NCBI GenBank assembly: GCA_010405405.1
Contig: MU004237.1
Coordinates: forward strand, 658,191 to 722,190
DNA: 64,000 bases
Source of the DNA: Microthyrium microscopicum
Lineage: Eukaryota
Reading direction: 5' to 3'
A program made the position numbers and the translations under genes. This document shows, one piece after another, positions 48,445 to 59,820 of the stretch. Each line of letters starts with the position of its first letter. Position 1 is the stretch's first letter. Below the pieces are notes generated by a model that was not told the DNA's origin, ran no database searches, and saw only the letters and a list, made by a program, of their open reading frames with translations.

Positions 48445-49952
48445 TCATTGTTGTGGTAATCGAGGAAGCTCTAATCCATCTATCTCCGACTCAACATGAC
48501 GAAAGTAGTCGCTATAAAGCACAGGAGCGAAAATGAGAAAGCAAGCATTGCAGTTCGTAGCGTCTTCTTCATGTAGTGGATGGTAGTCTGCCAGGAAGGT
48601 AGCTGACAAGTTCGCTTGCTCAAGATATCTGTCCACGTTCTGGGGCTCAGATCTATCAAAAGGTCCAATTTCAAGCTCCCGAAACTTGCCCAACATTGCC
48701 GAGAGAAGCATTAAATCATGCCAGCCATAGCGATAGCCTGTAAGCCAAGCACTGTTTTGGGCAAATTGTGTGAACATAGTTGCAGGAAGCTGACCAGGAC
48801 CAAAGGTGCCATGCATTTCGAACCCTGGTTGCATTTTGCATTTCGTAGTTGTCATTGTAAGAAACTCTATAAGAAACCTAATATGCCCTTTGATGTACTC
48901 GAGTTTACAGTCCAGCTCGTAAATGATATCTCGCTCTAGATCAGTGTCAGCCTATCTCGAAGTCTAGAATTCTGCAGTTTTCCTCATTTACCAAAGTTAG
49001 GCGGTAGGAATTGGTTTTTTGAGCGAAATTGGGAGTTCACAAACTCAAGTCCTTCATATGTTGTCGGCCGAGCCACACCATATCGAAGGAGCCACTTGGT
49101 AGCGCGACGATACAAATCGGTGGCTCGGACAATAGTCGCACACTCCGCGATTGTAAAGGGGGCTAGACAAACGTGTGTTTCCGTGTTGTGGGTCTCGCAA
49201 TGGGACATCAGTGAGTCCAGGTATGAAGAAATGTAGAGAGAACAAGCAGAGGCAGATTGATACTTATCACAAGTAAGTACAAATTCGCGAAACCGGATAG
49301 AGTCTTCGCAGAAATGGTTATCAGAAAACTTTCGGCCGCTGTAGTCTGAGTAAGTAGAGTAACAGTCATGGGCTGGACACGATTCCAGCGGTAAACAGGG
49401 CGGCAGTTCTCCACGGTGATAGTACGATTTGCACAGCGCAAGGATGTCATAATAGTTGTCTTCGGGAAGATGGAGCTCGTAGACGTTATTCAGCCTAAGT
49501 TATGTTAGAAACATATAACAAATGTTCTCAGTTGAAGGACGCCATTGCACTTACGAGTTGGCAAAGTCTAAAGCCTCTTTGAACTGTCCAAAAAGCATCC
49601 GGTCAAACACAGGAGAAAACATAGACAGCATTTTCGATGAGACACGAATTTTCCCCTTCTTCTCTACAAACAGATCAACATCTCCTTGGGAATCAATGAT
49701 TTCAGTGGGGAGGCTGACAGAACAAGCCTTGTTAGCAAATTGCAAGCCATATAGTATGATTCGAGCCCTAGGAACTCGGAACTTTGGAGACAAGGCATGA
49801 GGATGGAAGAGCATTATCTCGGTGCAAACAAATCGCTCATATTTCGAAAGGATATAACATCGCAAACAGGCAAAGTTTGGCAAAGCCACTCACCATTCAA
49901 TCGAAGTTAAAGCCTCCGATTCTACAGGGGCATCTGGTAATGTGTCGTCCAT
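48445..49952 (-). CDS. BTB/POZ-domain protein, paralogue 2
   Basis: IIDSQGDVDLFVEKKGKIRVSSKMLSMFSPVFDRMLFGQFKEA, ELHLPEDNY, FVLTCDKYQ, PFTIAECA, WHDLMLL, CNAC; multi-exon. Confidence 0.75.
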
Positions 49953-50778
49953 AAAGACAGTAGGCGAGACCAGTACCTCGATGATGAACAATCCGTTCTT
50001 ATAGGATATTGAGCGGGAAAAGGGAAAGGAGTGTCTCCAGAAAGCATTCGGAGAGGAGAGGTACGCGACGCAGAGCTCCAGCGGCTTGGACATTTTTCTA
50101 GGCCCACAAGCCTGCCGCCTTTAACCTTAGCGTGATGTGGCTTGTTTTGCGCTTCGCACCTGCATAATTGATATTTGATACTGATCCTGCAATCCCTTCG
50201 CCACTCAACTGACCATCTCGAATTTAGCGTTGAGTATGGGCCAACTGAAGTGCTCGGAATTAGCTTGAATAAGCCACGAAGGGGCAGTTGTGTATAGAAA
50301 TTGGGGCACTGTGGCGTTTTTGGCTGCCGCCCGAGATGGTCTCCTATTAGTTCTAGGTGGCGAAGGGATACTCCTGTGACTTTTGTCTTCAAAAAGGTAA
50401 AGCTGTAAAGTGTGTTTTCCGGACACCAGGTTTGAATTGTGTACTTTTCAATCATCATCATACCTTCTCGCCAGGAGTGATAAAGTGTCTTACGCTAAGC
50501 CGCCAGCGACAACAAATGGCCCTGCCAACGGAGCAGCTCTGAGAATCATGTACTATGCTTATCAATTGCAGGATGTAATACAATGCTCTACAGCATACTG
50601 TTCAATGCAAACGCATCGAGGACGGAGGAAACAGCGCTAGATGTAGCGCATCAGTCTCAGGTTCGCCCGGCCATTCATTCTTGGTGCTGTAGTCCATCAA
50701 CGATCCTAAAAGGTACTCTGTAGCTCGAAGTAATGCCACCTAGAGCATGAGTTCGATGATCAAAGAAAATGAGCTATA

Positions 50779-52479
50779 CTATTCCCAGTAGGGTGGCTCT
50801 AAACCGTCAATCTGGCCTCGAATAGTCTCAAATATCTTGTAAACCTCTTCCTCAATTTTGATGTGACAAGCATTACAAGAGTCCGCATGATCACTCGAGT
50901 TCATCGCTTGCCACGCCGGCCAAAATGCCAAACATGAGACGGCCTGAAGGTTTTCTTCCAAACTCCGGAATTTGATCGCAAATGAGCCAACTCCAAGCGC
51001 TACCATTTGGCCCATGAAGTCCGTCAGGAGGGCAATATCGTGTAAGCCAGGTGTATAGTCTGTAGTCCAGCTATACCCACCTTCATCATCGTCAATATTA
51101 CTAGCAGGAATGTCCCCATCGGTATGACCATGCATTGGCCGAGAAGGTAGCTCTGCTTCACTTGACAGCAAGTACTTTTCGTCGAAATATGGTAGAGACA
51201 ATGCAGCCACTTTGCTTAGATGGCCAACAATTCGGTTGGTTTCTTTGCTGATTTGGCCGAGGTAGGCAGCTTTTGCGCTCATAATCTCGTTTTCTGTTCT
51301 ATAATTAGCCATCACCTTCAAACACCGAAAGACTATGAAGCAGAAAGCAAGTCTTCGCGCTACAAAAACGAACAAATAAACCTCGCCTAACCTCTCAGGA
51401 CGTGGCTTGATGCAATACTCACCAAAAGTAGCAGGCAAGAGAGAGTGTTCACTACCAATATCATAAGCAAACCCAGTGCCTTGTTCGTTTGCGTAGGTGT
51501 ATTGAATAATCCACTTGGTAGCTCTACGATAGAGACCAGTCGCTCGAAGAATTACTGCACACTCAGCGATCGTGAAAGGGGCCAATGGAGTTGGCCGATT
51601 ATTCCATTTTGCACCCTCGCAATGCGACATAAGCGAATCTAGCCAGGAAGAAATATAGAGAGAACAGACTGGAGTGGATCTAATAGGTTAGCGTGATGCT
51701 TCCAGAATATTTTGTAGCAATGCAATTTTCAAATTTGCGCTGACATGGAATTCTTCGTCAGGTCGTACAGCATATAGGGTTGTAAAGGCTAAAAGCAGTA
51801 CGAGATGTTTGTTTTCCAACAAGAGCTTTTGTCTTGAGCAGGGCGATACGTACTGATATTTGTCGCAAGTAAGAACGAAGTCTCGAAATTGCAAGGACTT
51901 CTTATACATCTCATACTCGAATGTTCGGGACTTATTTTGTGCTTTCAGAACCGCAGCTTGTTGAGCATCATGTGCAGAATAGTCCATGCGCCCAGGATAT
52001 GAGATGACAGGTTCAAGATTTGGCGGAAGTTCTGTGAAGTTTGAGAATGAGTAATCGGAAGTACAACGTGAGTCTCACCTTGGCGATGGTAGAACACCTT
52101 GCATAAAGTGAGCATGCCATGGTAGTAGTCTTCTGGAAGATTGAGTTCGTAAATTTTACCCGTCGAATTCGCAAAATCTACGGCTTCTCTAAAACTTCCA
52201 TAGAGAAGTCTATGAAGAACTGGAGAATGTAATGCTAATAACTTAGAGGATACTCGTATCTTTCCCTTCTTTTCGACGTAGAGGTCGACGTCACCGTCGC
52301 TGTCCAGGATCTCGATTGGGAGGCTAACAGTGGGGGCAGTTGATTAGCCTCTTTTGATTTCAAAGGAGATAGTACGCAGGTCATATTGAACAACCATAAT
52401 ACTAATCAGATTCAGAGTGGACTCACCATTCAGAGGCAGGGGCCAACTGTTTTGGCGCGTCTTGCAATAGGCCCTCCAT
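50779..52479 (-). CDS. BTB/POZ-domain protein, paralogue 3
   Basis: Exon near 52080-52323 (missed by the ORF track) reads ILDSDGDVDLYVEKKGKIRVSSKLLALHSPVLHRLLYGSFREA..ELNLPEDYY; also FVLTCDKYQ, PFTIAECAVIL, LHDIALL, CNAC. Confidence 0.75.
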
Positions 52480-52821
52480 CTCGAGATTTGCATGCACCCG
52501 AATTGGGGCACCGTTGAGTATTCGATTGATATCCAGGATTGCTAATAAATTTTGAAAATGACCAAGTTGTGGTCTGAATAATGCAAAAGTGATATCGTGT
52601 TCTCAAAGATATGTCACATGTGTGGCAACAGATATGACATCTGAGGCTGAATACAAGCGCGTGGGACCCCTGCAGTTTGAGAACACGCTAACTTTTGCTC
52701 AATTTCAACGACGAGTTGATTCTGAGACTTGAGCAATTCTTCTATCACTCTCATTTTTTTGCGTTTTGAGCCATTGCTAGTAGACGAGGCATAACATCAC
52801 AATGAGTAAAGTCTAGGCAAA

Positions 52822-53238
52822 ATGTACGTGGCAAGACCCCTACTACGCATAACGTTGTTCACGCGCGAACACTGCTCCTTATGCACGCAAGCCAAGTTTG
52901 TCCTTGATAAAGTTCAGACCAGAAACCCCTTCCAATACGCGCAGTTCGACGTAATGAAATCAGGGAATGAGAAATGGAGGATCTATGAGTTTGACGTTCC
53001 AGTTGTAAGTTTTCCAAATATCTGGCTCGCGTTGATGTGTCCGCCGCTCGCCAGCAGATGTATAAGCATCTTAAAGTTTTGGGAAGTGTAGAAGGAACAC
53101 GTGGCTAAGAAGTTGTAGATCCACATCGAGAAAGCCAATGGACCTACGCCATGGGAAACAAGCGAAAACGCAAAGAAATTGATGCATCGATTTTCGCAAG
53201 AGGATGTGGAAGCTGCCATGGACGAAGTATCCGTATAG
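52822..53238 (+). CDS. Glutaredoxin-like protein (DUF836 type)
   Basis: ITLFTREHCSLC (CxxC), YEFDVPV / IHI, KLMHRF; one intron from ~53005. Confidence 0.8.
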
Positions 53239-53923
53239 GACATTGTACCGTCTCTACTCCATTGGAAGCTAGATCTGCACAGTCTTCGATATATTTCATA
53301 ACGTGTTGTAGACTTCCATCATCTACAATGAAGACAATATATCAACCTCAGCTTCTAAGATAGCCGAGTTCTTGCACTTTTATACAACACCTGCATGCCA
53401 AGAAAGCATGCCTCTAATACTGTAGTCATCCAGGCTTTCTTTTCCATATCCCGATGCTTGTATCAGAGCTGTCGAAGCATGGAGAGGGATCAAAAAGGCC
53501 AATGCGACCGGAAGAAAGAACGAGTCCCTCAGCAAGCAAGAGCCATGCTCCACACATTGAATCAGGCATGGGCTTCAGATCGTGATAGGCAGGATATGTT
53601 TGTCTAAGATCAGGAAACAACACAAGTCAAAGGAAGCCGCAACCATGTCTTAGCTCACTTCGAGATTGTGGCTGCAAGAGGTCTAGAGCGTTGAGCCGTT
53701 ATCATTGTCACAATACCCTGCCATATAACGATCAATCAATATTCCAGACCTATCGGTCTATGCAGTTTCCTACAAGCAGATCCCATTCCTAGATGACATA
53801 TCCCTTTACCAAACATCCGGGCTTCCTAACACCGAGTTAAGCTATCCTCTCACAATATACAACCCACTACCTGCCGCCAATACACATCGTGACTCTTCAG
53901 CCAAATCCTATCATCAACACAGC

Positions 53924-55636
53924 ATGTCCTTCGCCAAGCGCCTACGCGACGCTCTCCGCTCCGTCCACGCAGAATCGGCAGCTCCAGAACGACGCCCCAC
54001 CAGCGTCCCGTCGCCTACCTATAGCATCAATGTCGACATCTCCGTGAGCTCTTCCTCGTCTCGTCGCTCAGTGCCACGATCGCCCACTGGCAGCCTCCGC
54101 GACACTTTTGAGGCCCCCGAGAACCCAACAAGAACCATCATCTCCTACGCACGCCCGGTCACTACCATCAGCCGGTATGCCGGCGAAGATCCCGTGCTGT
54201 CAGGGCAAATACGCCAGTTTCGTGAGGCTTCCAAATGTCAGATAAAGAGGGAAAGGAATTTTACTCTGGGAGGAGAGGAAAGGAAGATTAGTCTAGGCGG
54301 AAACAAAGCGTTGATGACGAGGCCGAGCTTGAAGAAATACAGTGAAGATGTGGCCGACCGAAACATATCTCCGGGCTTAGCTCAGATTCAGGAGGCTCCC
54401 ATGGCGAATCAGCAGCGAAAAGCACCACATGGAATACTGGTCAATTCAGGAATGTACCGCTTCAATGAGGATGTGGCAGATCGCAATATCTCATCGAGCT
54501 CTAAACCTTCATGGATGAATAATAAGAGTGGCGAGGATGAAGTTGCCAATTGGGATCGAAGACTTTCAACAGCTTCTACGGCTTCAGGTTTAGGCTTGCC
54601 GGATACAGCGGCGATGTTTGAACCGCTTTATGCGTTCGAATCAAGAGATCAAAATTCAACTGGTCTGAGTCTGGGCTCCAAGGCTTCTGTACCGAACTCC
54701 GATGGCTCCTCTGCCCATCCTAGCAACAACAGATCCAACTCTGGAAATGCTACCCCAAAGTGGCAGCAAGGGTCTATGCATTCAAGTCAATCAGGAGGGC
54801 AACGCAACCTTAACATCAACTCCCAGACTGCCATGCCCAATCTACAGCATGAATCGACGAGTTCAACTGCCACCTCCCGAGCTACCAGAGTCTTTTGGTG
54901 CACTCCCTCCAATACCTCCAATGCGACTGATCCACAGCAATTCGCGCGGCGTGCAAGTCAGCCAGCGGTTCTTGCTTCTGGTTCTAGTTCTAAAAAGCTG
55001 TCAGGGTCTTTAGGCTCAAGTGGATTCGCTGAGAAGCGAAGGGCTTCGCCGCCGCTAATATCACACCGTTCATACTTTTCCAAAAGCTCGGATGGCTCTG
55101 GTCAATCTACCAGTCAAAACACAATCGGTCGCCTTTCTGCGTTCCGCAGTGCATATTCGGGCAGTCCGCCAGATACGCCAAGCACAGTTGTCCGCTCTGG
55201 GCTCTTTCTCGACCACCAGGACCACGGCGCATCAGACATGGTGGACACCATAATCGAAGGCGAGCGGTACACGATCACTCGCCGACGTAGCAGTACGGAC
55301 CTAGCCAGCTTGAAACCCCTGCACTCCTTCACAATGGATATTCCGCACCATCGTCTGCAGGGGCAAGACGCGGTTCCTCAGCAGGCATGGACTGTTGCCG
55401 CAACTCCAGTGTCTAGTCGAACTCCAGTGTCTAGTCCAATGCCAGTGTCTAGTCCAGAAGAATGCGCCATGCTGTATGCTTCCGACACCGGCGCCCATCG
55501 CGCGCGCTCACCAGCTCCACAACAACCTCTCTTGATCGCACAGAGTGGGAGTTCATCCGTCTCGGGAGCACCATTAACACCACTCGCGCTATCATCACTT
55601 CAAATGACTGAAATGAGCGCCCGCGTCGAAGCATAG
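53924..55636 (+). CDS. Ser-rich, probably disordered hypothetical protein
   Basis: Uninterrupted 570-codon ORF with a duplicated EDVADRNIS motif and a 3x PVSS repeat; no recognised domain. Confidence 0.7.
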   Translation: MSFAKRLRDALRSVHAESAAPERRPTSVPSPTYSINVDISVSSSSSRRSVPRSPTGSLRDTFEAPENPTRTIISYARPVTTISRYAGEDPVLSGQIRQFREASKCQIKRERNFTLGGEERKISLGGNKALMTRPSLKKYSEDVADRNISPGLAQIQEAPMANQQRKAPHGILVNSGMYRFNEDVADRNISSSSKPSWMNNKSGEDEVANWDRRLSTASTASGLGLPDTAAMFEPLYAFESRDQNSTGLSLGSKASVPNSDGSSAHPSNNRSNSGNATPKWQQGSMHSSQSGGQRNLNINSQTAMPNLQHESTSSTATSRATRVFWCTPSNTSNATDPQQFARRASQPAVLASGSSSKKLSGSLGSSGFAEKRRASPPLISHRSYFSKSSDGSGQSTSQNTIGRLSAFRSAYSGSPPDTPSTVVRSGLFLDHQDHGASDMVDTIIEGERYTITRRRSSTDLASLKPLHSFTMDIPHHRLQGQDAVPQQAWTVAATPVSSRTPVSSPMPVSSPEECAMLYASDTGAHRARSPAPQQPLLIAQSGSSSVSGAPLTPLALSSLQMTEMSARVEA

Positions 55637-55900
55637 AATGCCGGCGGTCCAAGTTCTTGGGCCTCTGTGGAGGAGCAAGTTCACAGACCCTAGTTCCAGA
55701 ATGTTCCTAGCAGATCCTAGATGCAAATTGTAATATTACTCTTGAATTGGATGACATTCCTTATAGAAAGCTCAAATGAAATTATCAATTCCATATGATC
55801 CTCGTCTGCAAGTTTTGAGTATGATATTGCAATCAAAGGCAACACGCCTTGGAAAGAACCAGAAGGTCTTTTCATGGTGAAATCATCCTAAAAGACGTTA

Positions 55901-55995
55901 TGGGAGCCATCGCATCTGTTGGGAGCCATCGCGTCTGTTGGGAGCCATCGCATCTGTTGGGAGCCATCGCATCTGCTGGGAGCCATCGCATCTGT
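55901..55995. repeat. 19-bp minisatellite, 5 copies plus degenerate tail
   Basis: Unit TGGGAGCCATCGCATCTGT head-to-tail from 55901 with single substitutions in copies 2 and 4; decayed units continue to ~56045. Confidence 0.9.
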
Positions 55996-56124
55996 TGGAA
56001 GACATCGCACTCGCATTGGAGACGTATCTATGGAAGCCATCTGATGAGCGAGCAGCGGCCACTAGTTTTGGCATTCCGATTGTCATCAAGAAATGCCGGC
56101 TGACACCGCAAAGATCTTACCCTC

Positions 56125-56910
56125 TCATCCTCTCCACCCGCCTACTCGTCCCTCATCCCACCGTTCCCTCCTTTCCCTCCGCAGATAAGCAATCTTCCTC
56201 GCCTCTCTCACCCTCCTTACGAATTCAGCAGTCTCTCTCTCGCCAGCAACCCCGTCGCCCTCTAGAAAACTCTCTTCCATCGCCCTCACCACCTGCTCGC
56301 CTTCCAGTCCCGCAGCGCTCAGCCGCTGGTATAGCGCGCCCGCGCTGAAATCTCGCAGCGCAGCTTCCTGTTCTGCTTGTCGCGCACGCCACTGTGCTTC
56401 GAGGGCGCGAAGAGCTAGGAGGCGCGATTGAGTGGCTTGGCGGGCATCGGCGATGCGAGCTTCGAGGGATGTAAGGGCTGTGGCGGAGGAGAGGTTTGTG
56501 GCGAGGAGAGAGTGTAAAGCGGCGATAGATTGGGTGGTGCTGGGATGGGCGGTGTAGGGGGCGTGAATGAGTGCTTGTTGGAGGTCTGGGGAGGTCAGGA
56601 GGGCGTGGAGATCTGCTGTGCTGCTGAGATTTTAGCTACTTCAAGTGTGATGAGACGGGTAGACGCACGATTTGTCGCGGATTGTGTCGGGGAGCCAGCC
56701 GGGTTCGGGGTCTTGGAGGTTGGAGATGTTGGCCTGTGGTGGGAGAGTGTTCTCTGAGGCGTAAAGTGAGGAATCTCGAGCGTTGGAGTTGGGGGGCAGT
56801 GGTGGAGGAGGCCTGGGTGCTGAGGCCAAGGGAGTGGACGCGTGGCTGGATTGTTTTGGTGGTGGAGGTGGGGGAGTTGCAGAGTTGAATGGAGATGAGA
56901 AGCCGGACAT
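56125..56910 (-). CDS. ESCRT-I subunit VPS37-like protein (Mod(r) domain)
   Basis: Exon 1 is Pro-rich and ends DPEPGWLPDTIRDKS. Exon 2 (missed by the ORF track) ends ..QSRLLALRALEAQWR..ALYQRL..MEESFLEG..EFVRRVREARKIAYLRRERRERWDEGRVGGWRG*, typical of Pezizomycotina Vps37-like proteins. Confidence 0.75.
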
Positions 56911-57547
56911 TGTGGAGTTTGGAAATGGGCGAAATTGGATCTGGATATAGGGATGTGGTGGAGTAGTGGTATAGCGGAGGTAATGCTTGAATATCGAGCT
57001 CCTAGCTCCGTGATGGAAATGGAGCTTGAATCGATGTCATGACTGACTAAGCGTTCAGTCTCCAATCATGTCTCTATTTCTTTCTTAATTCTGTTATTCG
57101 CCCAATCATTCATCATACTAGTACTAGTAGCTATAGCTGGGCTACAGTACAATACAGTAGTATCGTTGACGTCAAGGATTGATTCGATGCCAGAGCTCAA
57201 CTAATCTGAGGATTTTAAGTTAATTTCACAGAATGAACGACAGCACGGATAAGTTACTGAATCAAAGATGTGCTTGCCTCAGCAAAGAAATAGAGTAGGA
57301 TTTCAATGTTTGCTAACGTCATCCGACTCTACTGATCTGCTTTGGCAGGCTTGATGGACACCCTCATCCAACTGCAACAGGATGGATAGACGAGGGGCAG
57401 CTAGTACAACTTGCAGGTCCATGTAATATAAATATGCCAGTCCCTGGCTGCCAGTGCCTACATGTCTTAATCTAGAAACCTCATCACTCAACTCAATTGC
57501 ACTTGACCACTTGAACAACTGCTGCTACTGACCACCGCAAAAACAAC

Positions 57548-58733
57548 ATGCCTTCAATCACCGGAAAAGAAGTTGGGCCAGTCGGCTTCGGCATGATGGG
57601 TGAGTAACGCAATACTTCTCAAGGAAACAACAACTAACACAAAGCTCAGGTTTAACATTGAAGCCACCAGGCAAAACTCCATCGAATGACCAGTCTTTCG
57701 CTGCCATGAAGGCTGCATTAGCTAATGGCGCCAACAACTGGAACGGCGGAGAAATCTATGGTCCTCCAGAAGCCAACTCATTGCAACTTCTCAACGCCTA
57801 TTTCACCAAGTACCCCGAAGATGCAGACAAAGTCGTCATCAGCATCAAAGGAGGCTGTAATGTTGGTGGAATTATGGCAGGTGCAAAGCCCAATGGCACG
57901 CCAGAGAACATCAAGCGCAGCATCGACGAGTGTCTTCGCGTACTGGACGGCAAGAAATTCCTAGATCTCTTCGAAGCTGCTCGTGTGGATCCCAACGTTC
58001 CCGTCGAGACTACTATTGCAGCTATTGATGAATATGTCAAGGCTGGCAAGATCGGAGGCATTGCTTTGTCAGAAGTGAGCGCAGCTACTATCCGAAAAGC
58101 GGCAAAGGTAGCGAAGATTTCAGCGGTTGAAGTCGAATTTTCCCTGTGGGCCACCGATATCCTTGAAAATGGCGTCGCTGCTGCTTGTGCAGAGAACGAT
58201 ATCCCCATAATTGCCTACTCACCGATTGGTCGAGGCTTTTTGGTAAGCTCCCTACCAGAGTTTCCATGAAAACGAGCTAATCAGAGTACAGACCGGCGAG
58301 CTTCAGAAACCAGAGGATCTGGCTCCAGATGACTTGCGTCGCCACTTCCCACGCTTTCAAGGTGAAGCATTTTACGAGAACTTGAAGCTCGTCAAGGAAG
58401 TTGAGAAGATTGCGTCAGCCAAAAGATGCACTGCTGGACAAGTGGCTCTGGCCTGGATCCAAGCACACAGCGGAGCCAAAGGCTTGCCTGTTATTATCCC
58501 CATTCCAGGCGCATCAACAGACAAGAGAGTGAATGAAAACTCGAAATCTGCAAGTATCAAGTTGTCTGACTCCGAGATGACTGAAATTGAAGGTGAGAAC
58601 GTCCTGACCGCGATGACCAAACGGTCTTATGTCAACGCTTGGATGCTAACATCCTATAGATCTTCTCAAGAATTTCAAGCCGACAGGAGGTAGATATCCA
58701 GGAGACCCAAAAGCCGCTTACCTTGAGGGTTAA
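57548..58733 (+). CDS. Aldo-keto reductase, pyridoxal reductase type
   Basis: GPVGFGMMG, WNGGEIYG, KVVISIKGG, DLFEAARVD, GGIALSEV, AVEVEFSLW, AYSPIGRGFL, IPIPG; three introns. Confidence 0.9.
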
Positions 58734-59820
58734 GCGAGCGCACGACCTGGTAGTTGTGGATGATAATGTTGGGGAACAAATGCATCATTCAATAGTAGCA
58801 CCGTATACATCTGCAAGCAATCAGTTAGCTAGCTGATGACAATAACATAAAATGAAATATGGTGAAAGTGTGTATCGATCAGATCAAGTGTATGTGTAAG
58901 TTAATCCGCATTCGGCTTCGCAAAGGAAGCCGTTGGCATTGCAGAACTCTTTTTGCTCATCATAAGCACAACAATGGGCGCGTAGGTAGCAACTTACATT
59001 ATCAACATCACATCTAGATGGCAAAACGTTGGCCAGTTTACGGAGATATATCCGTCGGGGTTGGCTTGTTTCGCGTCGGGATTGGTGATGTTGCAGCGAG
59101 GTTGAGATTTTTTTGTCGCCTAGAGTTGACATGTTTGCTTGGCAAGAAGCCGCCACCCACAAGCCTCATCGCGATCCCTACTTCCCCAAGGACTTCAACT
59201 GTAACTCCAACGGCTTCGCCGTACTCGACTTTCTTTCAACTTATCCGCCTCGGTAACTTGTGTCTAACAACGTTACGCACGCGTGTAAAATTGCGGCTCT
59301 GAAGTGGCAACAGATGCCTGGCACTTGGATACGGCGCCGATGTCAATACTCCGATCCGGTCTTGTCCATGCTGCGACTTCAGTTTATCCGACTGCGCAGC
59401 GCGCGTCTCCTTTCATCATTGAGAATTTGAGATGCATGTGAAGATGCCCTGTCCCTCCAATGGAAGCACGCCGGTCGCTTCTTTATCCTACAGTCCCCAG
59501 TGCTGACCAATGACTAAGTAGTATTAGCTCACCTACCATTGTTCCATCACAGCGGGAGCTTGTGGAAGGACAGGACTCAATCTGAAGCGTTGGTGGCTTG
59601 GGTATTTATATCTCTCAATCCTATGTAGGCAATGCTACAAAAGACACATTATTTTAAAGATTATTATCTCTTCAGGCTTTGTATGACAATAAGCTACCCC
59701 ACTAACAACAGCTCTCCTGTCCAAGCATAAAAGGAACAAAGGAGCTCAATACGATCACAGCTACCATTCAATTGCCCTTCAAACTTCTATTTGGGCAGTC
59801 ATATTGCCGAATATCACACC

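Noticed and set aside
55901..55995. CRISPR-like array
   Set aside because: Units are directly adjacent with no unique spacers, the context is eukaryotic and there are no cas genes; it is a minisatellite.
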